From Eledone cirrhosa (taxonomy: Eukaryota), in the NCBI GenBank assembly GCA_964016885.1, contig OZ024753.1, positions 24,056,001 through 24,120,000 on the forward strand: a stretch of DNA of 64,000 nt. The letters are read 5' to 3'. Both the position numbers and the translations under genes were made by a program. Of this stretch, positions 12,150 through 26,300 are shown in pieces (position 1 is the first letter of the stretch; each line of letters begins with the position of its first letter). Below the pieces are notes generated by a model. It made no database searches, was not told the origin of the DNA, and saw only the letters and a program-made list of their open reading frames with translations.

Positions 12150-15100
12150 GTTGTTAAGTCTGTGTTGTGTTGTGTGTATTGTAATGTATTTCGTTATGTC
12201 TGTGTTGTGTGTATTGTAACGGCTGTTGTTATGTCTGTTCTGTGTTGTATGTATTGTAATGTCTGTTGTTATGTCTGTGTGGTGTTGTTTGTATTGTAAT
12301 GTCTGTTGTTATGTCTGTGTTGTGCGTATTTTAATGTCTGTTGTTATGTCTGTGTTGTGCTGTGTGTATTGTAATGTCTCTTTTTATGTCTCTGTTCTGT
12401 TGAGTTTTTTGTAATGTATGTTGATATGTCTGTGTTTTATGTATTGTAATGTCTGTTGTTATGTCTGTGTTGTGTGTATTGTAATGTCTGTTGTCATGTC
12501 TGTGTTGTGATGTGTGTATGTTAATGTCTGTTGTTATGTCTGTGGTGTTTGTATTGTAATGTCTGTTGTTATGTCTGTGTTGTGTTGTGTGTAATTTAAT
12601 ATCTGTTATGTCTCTGTTGTGTTGTGTGTATTGAACTGTCCGTTGTTATGTCTGTGTTGTGTGTATTGTAATGTTTTGTTGTGCCTGTGTTGTATTGTGT
12701 GCATTGCAATGTCTGTTGTTATGTCTATGTTGTGTTGTGTGTATTGTAATGTCTGTTGTTATATATGTGTTGTGTTGTGTGTATTGAAATGTCTGTTGTT
12801 ATATCTGTGTCGTGTTGTGTGTATTGTATTATCTGGTGTTATGTCTGTGTTGTGTGTATTGTAATGTCTGTTGTTATGTCTGTGTTGTGTTGTGGGTATT
12901 GTAATGTCTTTTGTTATGTCTGTGTTTTGTTGTATGTATTGTAATGTCTGTTGTTATGTCTGTGTTGTGTTGTGGTATGTATTGCAATGTCTGTTGTTAT
13001 GTCTGTTGTGAAGTGTGTATTGAAATGTCTGTTGTTATGTCTGTGTTGTGTTTATTGTAATGTCTGTTGTTATGTCTATGTTGTGTTGTGTATATCGTAA
13101 TGTCTGTTGTTATGACTGTGTTGTGTGTATTGTAATGACTCTTATTATGTCTGTGTTGTGGTGTATGTATTGTAATTTATGTTGTCATGTCTTTGTTGTG
13201 ATGTGTGCATTGTAATGTCCGTTGTTATGTCTGTGTCGTGTGTATTGTAATCTCTGTTGTAAAGTCTGTGTTGTGATGTGTTTTTTGTAATGTATGTTGT
13301 TATGTCTGTGTTTTATGTATTGTAGCGTCTGTTGTTATGTCTGTGTTGTATGTATTGTAATGTCTCTTGTTATATCTGTGTTGTTTGTATTGTATTGACT
13401 GGTATTATGTCGGTGTTGTGTGCATTGTAATGTCTGTTCTTATGTCTGTGTTGTGTTGTGGTGTGTATTGTAATGTCTGTTGTTATGTATCTGTTGTGTT
13501 GTGTGTGTTTAAATGTCTGTTGTTATGTATGTTTTGTGTGTATTGTAATGGCTCTTGTTATGTCTGTGTTGTGTTGTTTGTATTGCAATTTCTGTTGTCA
13601 TGTCTATGTTGTGATGTATGTATTGTAATGTCAGTTGTTATGTATGGGTTGTGTGTAGTGTAATGTGTGTTGTTATGTCTGTGTTGTGTTTTGTTTTTTG
13701 AAATGTATGTTGTTATGTCTGTGTTGTATGTAATGTAATGTCTGTTGTTATGTCTATGTTATGTTGTGTGTATTGTAATGTCAGTTGTTATGTCTGGGTT
13801 GTGTTGTATGTACTGCAATGTCTGTTGTTATGTCTCTGTTGTGTTGTATGTAGTGTAATGTCTGTTGTTATGTCTGTGTTGTGTGTATTGTAATGTATGT
13901 TGTTATGACTGTATCGTGTGTATTGTAATGACGGTTGGTATGTTTGTGTTGTGTTGTGTGTATTGTAATGTCTGCTGTTACGTCTGCGTTGTGCGTATTT
14001 TAATGTCTGTTGTTATGTCTATGCTGTATCTGCTTTAATGTCTGTGTCGTGTTGTATGTATTTTAATGTCTGTTGTTATGTTTGTGTTATGTTGTATGTA
14101 CTGTAATGTCTGTTGTTATGTCTGTGTTGTGTGTATTGTAATGTCTGTTGTTATGTCTGTGTTTTGTTGTATGTATTGTAATGTCTCTGGTTATGTCTGT
14201 GTTGTGTTGTGGTGCGTATTGTAATGTCTGTTGTTATGATTCTGTTGTGATGTGTGTATTGTAATGTCTTTTGTTATGCCTGGGGTGTGTGTATTGTAAT
14301 GTCTGTTGTTCTTACGTCTGTGTTGTGTTTTGTTTTTTGTAATGTATGTTGTTATGTCTGTGTTGTATGTATTGTAATGTCTGTTGTTATATTTGTGTTG
14401 TGTTGTATCTATTTTAATGTATGTTGTTATGTCTGTGTTGTGTTGTATGTAATGTAATTTCTGTTGTTATGTCTGTGTTGTGTTGTATGTAGTGTAATAT
14501 ATGCTGTTATGTCTGTGTTGTGTGTATTGTAATGTCAGTTGTTATGTCCGTGTTGTGTTGTATGTACTGTAATGTCTGTTGTTATGTGTCTGTTGTGTTG
14601 TATGTAGTGTAATGTCTGTCGTTATGTCTGTGTTGTGTTGTGTGTATTGTAATTTCTATTGTTAAGTCTATGTTGTGTTGTGTGTATTGTAATGTATTTT
14701 GTTATATCTGTGTTGTGTGTATTGTGACGGCTGTTGTTATGTCTGTTCTGTGTTGTATGTATTGTAATGTCTGTTGTTATGTCTGTGTGGTGTTGTTTGT
14801 ATTGTAATGTCTGTTGTTATGTCTGTGTTGTGCGTATTTTAATGTCTGTTGTTATGTCTGTGTTGTGCTGTGTGTATTGTAATGTCTCTTTTTATGTCTC
14901 TGTTCTGTTGTGTTTTTTGTAATGTATGTTGATATGTCTGTGTTTTATGTATTGTAATGTCTGTTGTTATGTATGTGTTGTGTGTATTGTAATGTCTGTT
15001 GTCATGTCTGTGTTGTGATGTGTGTATTTTAATGTCTGTTGTTATGTCTGTGGTGTTTGTATTGTAATGTCTGTTGTTATGTCTGTGTTGTGTTGTGTGT

Positions 15101-18100
15101 AATTTAATTTATGTTATGACTCTGTTGTGTTGTGTGTATTGAACTGTCCGTTGTTATGTCTGTGTTTTGTGTATTGTAATGTGTTGTTGTGCCTGTGTTG
15201 TATTGTGTGCATTGCAATGTCTGTTGTTATGTCTATGTTGTGTTGTGTGTATTGTAATGTCTGTTGTTATATCTGTGTTGTGTTGTGGTATGTATTGAAA
15301 TGCCTGTTGTTATATCTGTGTTGTGTTGTGTGTATTGTATTGTCTGGTGTTATGTCTGTGTTGTGTGTATTGTAATGTCTGTTGTTATGTCTGTGTTGTG
15401 TTGTGGGTATTGTAATGTCTTTTGTTATGACTGTGTTGTGTTGTGGTATGTATTGCAATGTCTGTTGTTATGTCTCTGTTGTGTAGTGTGTATTGAAATG
15501 TCTGTTGTTATGTCTGTGCTGTGTGTATTGTAATGTCTGTTGTTATGTCTATGTTGTGTTGTGTATATTGTAATGTCTGTTGTTATGACTGTGTTGTGTG
15601 TATTGTAATGACTCTTATTATGTCTGTGTTGTGGTGTATATATTGTAATTTATGTTGTCATGTCTTTGTTGTGATGTGTGCATTGAAATGTCCGCTGTTA
15701 TGTCTGTGTTGTGTGTATTGTAATCTCTGTTGTAATGTCTGTGTTGTGATGTGTTTTTTGTTATGTATGTTGTTATGTCTGTGTTTTATGTATTGTAATG
15801 TCTGTTGTTATGTCTGTGTTGTATGTATTGTAATGTCTGTTGTTATGTCTGTGTTGTGTTGTATGTAGTGTAATGTCCCTGGTTATATCTGTGTTGTTTG
15901 TATTGTATTGACTGATATTATGTCGGTGTTGTGTGCATTGTAATGTCTGTTGTTATGTCTGTGTTGTGTCGTGGTGTGTATTGTAATGTCTGTTGTTATG
16001 TATCTGTTGTGTTGTGTGTGTTTAAATGCCTGTTGTTATGTATGTGCTGTGTGTATTGTAATGGCTCTTGTTATGTCTGTGTTGTTTTGTATGTATTGCA
16101 ATTTCTGTTGTCATGTCTATGTTGTGATGTATGTATTGTAATATCAGTTGTTATGTATGGGTTGTGTAGTGTAATGTCTGTTGTTGTCTGTGTTGTGTTT
16201 TGTTTTTTGTAATGTCTGTTGTTATGTCTATGCTGTATCTGCTTTAATGTCTGTGTTGTGTTGTATGTATTTTAATGTCTGTTGTTATGTTTGTGTTATG
16301 TTGTATGTACTGTAATGTCTGTTGTTATGTCTGTGTTGTGTGTATTGTAATGTCTGCTGTTATGTCTGTGTTGTGTGTATTGTAATGTCTGTTGTTATGT
16401 CTGTGTTTTGTTGTATGTATTGTAATGTCTGTTGTTATGTCTGTGTTGTGTTGTGGTGCGTATTGTAATGTCTGTTGTTATGTCTCTGTTGTGATGTGTG
16501 TATTGTAATGTCTTTTGTTATGCCTGGGGTGTGTGTATTGTAATGTCTGTTGTTATGTCTGTGTTGTGTTTTGTTTTTTGTAAAGTATGTTGTTATGTAT
16601 GTGTTGTATGTATTGTAATGTCTGTTGTCATATTTGTGTTGTGTTGTATCTATTTTAATGTATATTGTTATGTATGTGTTGTGTTGTATGTAATGTAATG
16701 TCTGTTGTTATGTCTGTGTTGTGTTGTATGTAGTGTAATATCTGTTGTTATGTCTGTGTTGTGTGTATTGTAATGTCAGTTGTTATGTCCGTGTTGTGTT
16801 GTATGTACTGTAATGTCTGTTGTTATGTGTCAGTTGTGTTGTATGTAGTGTAATGTCTGTTGTGATGTCTGTGTTGTGTTGTGTGTATTGTAATTTCTGT
16901 GGTTATGTCTGTGTGGTGTTGTTTGTATTGTAATGTCTGTTGTTAAGTCTGTGTTGTGTTGTGTGTATTGTAATGTCTTTTGTTATGTCTGTGTTGTGTG
17001 TATTGTAATGTCTGTTGTTATGTCTGTGTGGTGTTGTTTGTACTGTAATGTCTGTTGTTACGTCTGTGTTGTGCGTATTTTAATGTCTGTTTGTATGTCT
17101 GTGTTGTGCTGTGTGTATTGTATTGCCTCTTTTTATGTCTCTGTTCTGTTGTGTTTTTTGTAATGTATGTTGATATGTCTGTGTTTTATGTATTGTAATC
17201 TCTGTTGTTATGTCTGTGTTGTGTGTATTGTAATGTCTGTTGTCATGTCTGTGTTGTGATGTGTGTATTTTAATGGCTGTTGTTATGTCTGTGATGTTTG
17301 TATTGTAATGTCTGTTGTTATGTCTGTGTTGTGTTGTGTGTAATTTAATTTCTGTTATGTCTCTGTTGTGTTGTGTGTATTGAACTGTCCGTTGTTATGT
17401 CTGTGTTGTGTGTATTGTAATGTGTTGTTGTGCCTGTGTTGTATTGTGTGCATTGCAATGTCTGTTGTTATATCTGTGTTGTGTTGTGTGGATTGAAATG
17501 TCTGTTGTTATATCTGTGTTGTGTTGTGTGTATTGTATTGTCTGGTGTTATGTCTGTGTCGTGTGTATTGTAATGTATGTTGTTATGTCTGTGTTGTGTT
17601 GTGGGTATTGTAATGTCTTTTGTCAGGTCTGTGTTTTGTTGTATGTATTGTAATGTCTGTTGTTATGTCTGTGTTGTGTTGTGGTATGTATTGCAATGTC
17701 TGTTGTTATGTCTCTGTTGTGTAGTGTGTATTGAAATGTCTGTTGTTATGTCTGTGTTGTGTGTATTGTAATGTCTGTTGTTATGTCTATGCTGTGTTGT
17801 GTATATTGTAATGTCTGTTGTTATGACTGTGTTGTGTGTATTGTAATGACTCTTATTATGTATGTGTTGTGGTGTATGTATTGTAATGTATGTTGTCATG
17901 TCTTTGTTGTGATGTGTGCATTGTAATGTCCGTTGTTATGTCTGTGTTGTGTGTATTGTAATCTCTGTTGTAATGTCTGTGTTGTGATGTGTTTTTTGTA
18001 ATGTATGTTGTTATGTCTGTGTTTTATGTATTGTAATGTATGTTGTTATGTCTGTGTTGTATGTATTGTAATGTCTGTTGTTATGTCTGTGTTGTGTTGT

Positions 18101-19200
18101 ATGTAGTGTAATGTCTCTTGTTATATCTGTGTTGTTTGTATTGTATTGACTGGTATTATGTCGGTGTTGTGTGCATTGTAATGTCTGTTGCTATGTCTGT
18201 GTTGTGTTGTGGTGTGTATTGTAATGTCTGTTGTTATGTATCTGTTGTGTTGTGTGTGTTGAAATGCCTGTTGTTATGTCTGTGTTGTGTGTATTGTAAT
18301 GGCTCTTGTTATGTCTGTGTTGTGTTGTATGTAATGCAATTTCTGTTGTCATGTCTATGTTGTGATGTATGTATTGTAATATCAGTTGTTATGTATGGGT
18401 TGTGTGTAGTGTAATGTCTGTTGTTATGTCTGTGTTGTGTTTTATTTTTTGTAATGTATGTTGTTATGTCTGTGTTGTATGTAATGTAATGTCTGTTGTT
18501 ATGTCTGTGTTGTGTTGTGTGTATTGTAATGTCAGTTGTTATGTCTGTATTGTGTTGTATGTACTGCAATGTCTGTTGTTATGTCTCTGTTGTGTGTATT
18601 GTAATGTCTGTTGTTATGACCGTATCGTGTGTATTGTAATGACGGTTGTTATGTTTGTGTTGTGTGTATCGTAATGTTATGTTTGTGTTGTGTTGTGTGT
18701 ATCGTAATGTCTGCTGTTATGTTTGCGTTGTGCGTATTTTAATGTCTGTTGTTATGTTTGTGTTATGTTGTATGTACTGTAATGTCTGTTGTTATGTCTG
18801 TGTTGTGTTGTGGTGCGTATTGTATTGTCTGTTGTTATGTCTCTGTTGTGATGTGTGTATTGTAATGTCTTTTGTTATGCCTGGGGTGTGTGTATTGTAA
18901 TGTCTGTTGTTATGTCTGTGTTGTGTTTTGTTTTTTGTAATGTATGTTGTTATGTCTGTGTTGTATGTATTGTAATGTCTGTTGTTATATTTGTGTTGTG
19001 TTGTATATATTTTAATGTATGTTGTTATGTCTGTGTTGTGTTGTATGTAATGTAATGTCTGTTGTTATGTCTATGTTGTGTTGTATGTAGTGTAATATCT
19101 GTTGTTATGTCTGTGTTGTGTGTATTGTAATGTCAGTTGTTATGTCGGTGTTGTGTTGTATGTACTGTGTAATGTCTGTTGTTATGTCTCTGTTGTGTTG
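12150..19200 (+). repeat. About three copies of a diverged 2.2-2.5 kb higher-order repeat
   Basis: ORF-marked offsets are 12226/14734 and 12619/15127 (2508), 14254/16498/18855 (2244, 2357) and 13367/18118 (4751). Markers GAACTGTCCG (~12633, 15141, 17382) and GCCTGGGG recur once per unit. Confidence 0.85.
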
Positions 19201-21729
19201 TATGTAGTGTAATGTCTGTTGTTATGTCTGTGTTGTGTGTATTGTAATGTCTGTTTTTATGACTGTATCGTGTGTATTGTAATGACGGTTGTTATGTTTG
19301 TGTTGTATTGTGAGTATTGTAATGTCTGCTGTTATGTCTGCGTTGTGCGTATTTTAATGTCTGTTGTTATGTCTATGCTGTGCGTACTTAAATGTATGTC
19401 GTTATGTCTGTGTTGTATGTATTTTAATGTATATCGTTATGTCTGTGTTGTGTGCATTGTAATATCTGTTGTTATGTTTGTGGTATGTTGTATGTACTGT
19501 AATGTATGTTGTTATGTCTGTGTTGTGTGTATTGTAATGTCTGTTGTTATGTCTGTGTTGTGTGTATTGTAATGTCTGTGTTATGTCTGTGTTGTGTGTA
19601 TTGTAATGTCTGTTGTTATGTCTAAATTGTGTTGTGTATATTGTAATGTCTGTTGTTATGTCTGTGTTGTGTTGTGTGTATTGTAATGTCTGTTGTTATA
19701 TGTGTTGTGTTGTGTGTATTGTATTGACTGGTATTATGTCTGTGTTGTGTTGTGTGTATTGTCTGGTGTTATGTCTGTGTTGTGTGTATTGTAATGTCTG
19801 TTGTTATATCTGTGTTTTGTTGTATGTATCGTAATATCTGTTGTTATGTCTGTGTTGTGTTGTGGTATGTATTGTAATGTCTGTTGTTATGTCTCTGTTG
19901 TGTAGTGTGTATTGAAATGTATCTTGTTATGTCTGTGTTCTGTGTATTGTAATGCCTGTGGTTATGTAAGTGTTGTGTTGTGTGCATTGTAATGTCTGTT
20001 GTTATGTCTAAATTGTGTTGTCTATATTGTAATGTCTGTTGTTATGTCTGTGTTGTGTGTATTGTAATGACTCTTGTTATGTCTGTGTTGTGTTGTATGT
20101 ATTGTAATTTCTGTTGTCATGTCTATGTTGCGATGTATGTATTGTAATGTCTTTTGTTATGTCTGGGGTGTGTGTATTGTAATGTCTGTTGTAATGTCTC
20201 TGTTGTGTAGTGTGTATTGTAATATCTGCTGTTATGTCTGTGTTGTGTGTATTGTAATGTCTGTTGTTATGTCTGTGTTGTATGTATTGTAATGTCTGTT
20301 GTTATGTCTGTGTTGTATGTATTGTAATGACTGTTGTTATGTCTATGTTGTGTTGTATGTAGTGTAATGTCTCTTGTTATGTCTGTGTTGTGTGTATTGT
20401 AATGTCAGTTGTTATGTCTGTGTTGTATGTATTGTAATGTCTGTTGTTATGCCTGTGTTGTATGTATTGTAATGACTGTTGTCATGTCTATGTTGTGAGG
20501 TGTGTATTGTAATGTATGTTGTTATGTCTGGGTTGTGTGTATAGTAATGTATGTTGTTATGTCTGTGTTGTGTTGTATGTAGTGTAATGTCTCTTGTTAT
20601 GTCTGTGTTGTGTGTATGGTAATGTCAGTTGTTATGTCTGTGTTGTGTTGTATGTAGTGCAATGTCCGTTGTTATGTCTGTGTCGTGTGTATTGTCATGT
20701 ATGTTGTTATGACTGTATTGTGTGTATTGTAATGACGGTTGTTATGTTTGTGTTGTGTTGTGTGTATTGTAATGTCTGTTGTTATGTCTCCGTTGTGAGT
20801 ATTTTAATGCCTGTTGTTATGTCTATGATGTGTGTACTTTAATGTATGTCGTTATGTCTGTGTTGTTTTGTATGCATTTTAATGTATATTGTTATGTCTG
20901 TGTTGTGTTGTGTAAAGTAATGTCTGTTGTTATGTTTGTATTATGTTGTGTGTACGGTAATGTATGTTGTTATGTCTGTGTTGTGTTGTGTGTATTGTAA
21001 TGTCAGTTGTTATGTCTGTGTTGTGTTGTATGTACTGCAATGTCTGTTGTTATGTCTGTGTTGTGTTGTATGTAGTGTAATGTCTGTTGTTATGTCTGTG
21101 TTGTGTGTATTGTAACGTCTGTTGTTATCACTGTATCGTGTGTATTGTAATGACGGTTGTTATGTTTGTGTTGCGTTGTGTGTATTGTAATGTCTGCTGT
21201 TACGTCTGCGCTGTGCGTATGTTAATGTCTGTTGTTATGTCTATAATGTATCCGCTTTAATGTCTGTGTTGTGTTGTATGTATTTTAATGTCTGATGTTA
21301 TGCTTGTGTTATGTTGTATGTACTGTAATGTCTGTTGTTATGTCTGTGTTGTGTGTATTGTAATGTCTGTTGTTATGTCTGTGTTGTGTTTTGTTTTTTG
21401 TAATGTATGTTGTTATGTCTGTGTTGTAGGTATTGTAATGGCTGTGTTGTGTGTATTGTATTGTCAGTTGTTATGTAAGTGTTGTGTTGTATGTACTATA
21501 ATGTCTGTTGTTATGTCTCTGTTGTGTTGTTTGTAGTGTAATGTCTGTTGTTATGACTTTATCGTGTGTATTGTAATGACGGTTGTTAAGTTTGTGTTGT
21601 ATTGTGAGTATTGTAATGTCTGCTGTTACGTCTGCGTTGTGCGTATTTTAATGTCTGTTGTTATGTCTGTGTTGTATGTAATTTAATGTATATTTTTTAT
21701 GTCTGTGTTGAGTGCATTGTAATGTCTGT

Positions 21730-22310
21730 TGTTATGTCTGTGTTGTGTGTATTGTAATGTCTGTGGTTATGTAAGTGTTGTGTTGTGTGCATTGTAATGT
21801 CTGTTGTTATGTCTAAATTGTGTTGTGTATATTGTAATGTCTGTTGTTACGTCTGTGTTGTGTTGTGTGTATTGTAATGTCTGTTGTTATATGGGTTGTG
21901 TTGTGTGTATTGTATTGTCTGGTGTTATGTCTCTGTTGTGTAGTGTGTATTGAAATGTCTGTTGTTATGTCTGTGTTGTGTGTATTGTAATGTCTGTGGT
22001 TATGTAAGTGTTGTGTTGTGTGCATTGTAATGTCTGTTGTTATGTCTAAATTGTGTTGTGTATATTGTAATGTCTGTTGTTACGTCTGTGTTGTGTTGTC
22101 TGTATTGTAATGTCTGTTGTTATATGGGTTGTGTTGTGTGTATTGTATTGTCTGGTGTTATGTCTCCGTTGTGTAGTGTGTATTGAAATGTCTGTTGTCA
22201 TGTCTGTGTTGTGTGTATTGTAATGTCTGTGGTTATGTAAGTGTTGTGTTGTGTGCATTGTAATGTCTGTTGTTATGTCTAAATTGTGTTGTGTATATTG
22301 TAATGTATGT
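21730..22310 (+). repeat. 233-bp six-monomer unit in ~2.4 tandem copies
   Basis: ORFs 21813/22046 are offset by 233. TATGTAAG occurs at ~21768, 22001 and 22234. Monomer lengths 40+40+40+38+40+35 sum to 233. Confidence 0.9.
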
Positions 22311-23319
22311 TGTTATGTCTGTGTTGTGTGTATTGTAATGACTCTTGTTATGTCTGTGTTGTGTTTTATGTATTGTAATTTCTGTTGCCATGTCTGTGTA
22401 GTGTTGTGATTTTTGTAATGTATGTTGTTATGTCTGTGTTTTATGTATTGTAATGTCTGTTGTTATGTCTGTGTTGTATGTATTGTAATGTGTGTTGTTA
22501 TATCTGTGTTGTGTCTATTTTAATGTCTGTTGTTATGTCTGTGTTGTGTGTATTGTAATGGCTCTTCTTATGTCTGTGTTTTGTTGTATGTATTGCAATT
22601 TCTGTTGTTATGTCTATGTTGTGATGTTTGTATTGTAATATATGTTGTTATGTCTGGGTTGTGTGTATTGTAATGTCTGTTGTTATGTCTGTGTTGTGTT
22701 GTATTTATTTTAATGTATGTTATGTCTGTGTTGTATGTAATATAATGACTTTTGTTATGTTTGTGTTGTTGTGTATGTAGTGTAATGTCTCTTGTTATGT
22801 CTATGTTGTGTGTATTGTAATGTCAGTTGTTATGTCTGTGTTGTGTTGTATGTACTGCAATGCCTGTTGTTATGTCTCTGTTGTGTTGTATGTAGTGTAA
22901 TGTCTGTTGTTATGTCTGTGTTGTGTGTATTGTATATATGTTGTTATGACTGTATCGTGTGTATTATAATGACGGTTGTTATGTTTGTGTTATGTTGTGT
23001 GTATTGTAATGTCTGCTGTTATGTCTGCGTTGTGCGTATTTTAATGTCTGTTGTTATATCTGTGTTGTGTTGTGTGTATTGTATTGTCTGGTGTTATGTC
23101 TGTGTTATGTGTATTGTAATGTCTGTTGTTATGTCTGTGTTGTGTTGTGGTATGTATTGTAATGTCTGTTGTTATGTCTCTGTTGTGTAGTGTGTATTGA
23201 AATGTCTGTTGTTATGTCTGTGTTGTGTGTATTGTAATGTCTCTGTTATGTCTGTGTTGTGTGTATTGTAATGTCTGTTGTTATGTCTGTGTTTTGTTGT
23301 GTGTATTGTAATGTCTGTT

Positions 23320-26300
23320 GTTATGTCTGTGTTGTGTTGCGGTGTGTATTGTAATGTCTGTTGTTATGTCTCTGTTGAGTTGTGTGTGTTGAAATATCTG
23401 TTGTTATGTCTGTGTTGTGTGTATTGTAATGGCTCTTGTAATGTCTGTTTTGTGTTGTATGTATTGCAATTTCTGTCCTCATTTCTATGTTGTGATGTAT
23501 GTATTGTAATGTCTGTTGTTATGTCTGTGTTGTATGTATTGTAATGTCTGTTGTTATGTATATGTTGTATGTATTCTAATGACTGTTGTTATGTCTATGT
23601 TGTGTTGTATTTAGTGTAATGTCTCTTGTTATGTCTGTGTTGTGTGTATTGTAATGTCAGTTGTTATGTCTGTGTTGTGTTGTATGTAGTGTAATGTCTG
23701 TTGTTATCTCTGTGTTTTTTCTATTGTAATGTCTGTTTTTATGACTGTATCGTGTGTATTGTAATGACGGTTGTTATGTATATGTTGTGTTGTGTGTGTT
23801 GAAATGCCTGTTGTTATGTCTGTGTTGTGTGTATTGTAATGGCTCTTGTTATGTCTGTGTTGTGTTGTATGTATTGCAATTTCTGTCGTCATGTCTATGT
23901 TGTGATGTGTGTATTGAAATATCATTTGTTATGTCTGGGTTGTGTGTAGTGTAATGTCTGTTGTTATGTCTAACTTGTGTGGTGTATATTGTAATGTCTG
24001 TTGTTACGTCTGTGTTGTGTTGTGTGTATTGTAATGTCTGTTGTTATATGGGTTGTGTTGTGTGCATTGTATTGTCTGGTGTTATGTCTCTGTTGTGTAG
24101 TGTGTATTGAAATGTCTGTTGTTATGTCTGTGTTGTGTGTATTGTAATGTCTGTGGTTATGTAAGTGTTGTGTTGTGTGCATTGTAATGTCTGTTGTTAT
24201 GTCTAAATTGTGTTGTGTATATTGTAATGTATGTTGTTATGTCTGTGTTGTGTGTATTGTAATGACTCTTGTTATGTCTGTGTTGTGTTTTATGTATTGT
24301 AATTTCTGTTGTCATGTCTGTGTTTTGATGTGTGTATTGTAATGTATGTTGTTATGTCTGTGTTGTGTGTATCGTAATGTATGTTGTATTGTCTGTGTAG
24401 TGTTGTGATTTTTGTAATGTATGTTGTTATGTCTGTGTTTTATGTATTGTAATGTCTGTTGTTATGTCTGTGTTGTATGTATTGTAATGTGTGTTGTTAT
24501 ATCTGTGTTGTGTCTATTTTAATGTCTGTTGTTATGTCTGTGTTGTGAGTATTGTAATGGCTCTTCTTATGTCTGTGTTTTGTTGTATGTATTGCAATTT
24601 CTGTTGTCATGTCTATGTTGTGATGTGTGTATTGTAATATATGTTGTTATGTCTGGGTTGTGTGTATTGTAATGTCTGTTGTTATGTCTGTGTTGTGTTG
24701 TATTTATTTTAATGTATGTTATGTATGTGTTGTATGTAATGTAATGTCTGTTGTTATGTTTGTGTTGTTGTGTATGTAGTGTAATGTCTCTTGTTATGTC
24801 TGTGTTGTGTGTATTGTAATGTCAGTTGTTATGTCTGTGTTGTGTTGTATGTACTGCAATGTCTGTTGTTATGTCTCTGTTGTGTTGTATGTAGTGTAAT
24901 GTCTGTTGTTATATCTGTGTTGTGTGTATTGTATATATGTTGTTATGACTGTATCGTGTGTATTATAATGACGGTTGTTATGTTTGTGTTATGTTGTGTG
25001 TATTGTAATGTCTGCTGTTATGTCTGCGTTGTGCGTATTTTAATGTCTGTTGTTATATCTGTGTTGTGTTGTGTGTATTGTATTGTCTGGTGTTATGTCT
25101 GTGTTATGTGTATTGTAATGTCTGTTGTTATGTCTGTGTTGTGTTGTGGTATGTATTGTAATGTCTGTTGTTATGTCTCTGTTGTGTAGTGTGTATTGAA
25201 ATGTCTGTTGTTATGTCTGTGTTGTGTGTATTGTAATGTCTGTGTTATGTCTGTGTTGTGTGTATTGTAATGTCTGTTGTTATGTCTGTGTTTTGTTGTG
25301 TGTATTGTAATGTCTGTTGTTATGTCTGTGTTGTGTTGCGGTGTGTATTGTAATGTCTGTTGTTATGTCTCTGTTGAGTTGTGTGTGTTGAAATATCTGT
25401 TGTTATGTCTGTGTTGTGTGTATTGTAATGGCTCTTGTAATGTCTGTTTTGTGTTGTATGTATTGCAATTTCTGTCCTCATTTCTATGTTGTGATGTATG
25501 TATCGTAATGTCTTTTGTTATGTCTGGGGTGTGTGTATTGTAATGTCTATTGTTATGTCTCTGTTGTGTAGTGTGTATTGAAATATCTGTTGTTATGTCT
25601 GTGTTGTGTGTATTGTAATGTCTGCTGTTATGTCTGTGTTGTGTGTATTGTAATGTCTGTTGTAATGTCTGTGTTCTGTTGTGTTTTTTGTAATGTATGT
25701 TGTTATGTCGGTGTTGTATGTATTGTAATGTATGTTGTTATGTCTGTGTTGTATGTGTTGTAATGACTGTTGTTATGTCTGTGTTGTGTTGTATGTAGTG
25801 TAATGTCTCTTGTTATATGTGTTGTTTGTATTGTATTGACTGGTATTATGTCGGTGTTGTGTGCATTGTAATAACTGTTGTTATGTCTGTGTTGTGTTGT
25901 GGTGTGTATTGTAATATCTGTTGTTATGTATCTGTTGTGTTGTGTGTGTTGAAATGTATGTTGTTATGTCTCTGTTGTGTTGAGTGTGTTGAAATGTCTG
26001 TTGTTATGTCTGTGTTGTGAGTATTGTAATGGCTCTTGTTATGTCTGTGTTTTGTTGTATGTATTGCAATTTCTGTTGTCATGTCTATGTTGTGATGTGT
26101 GTATTGTAATATATGTTGTTATGTCTGGGTTGTGTGTATTGTAATGTCTGTTGTTATGTCTGTGTTGTGTTGTATTTATTTTAATGTATGTTATGTATGT
26201 GTTGTATGTAATGTAATGTCTGTTGTTATGTTTGTGTTGTTGTGTATGTAGTGTAATGTCCCTTGTTATGTCTGTGTTGTGTGTATTGTAATGTCAGTTG

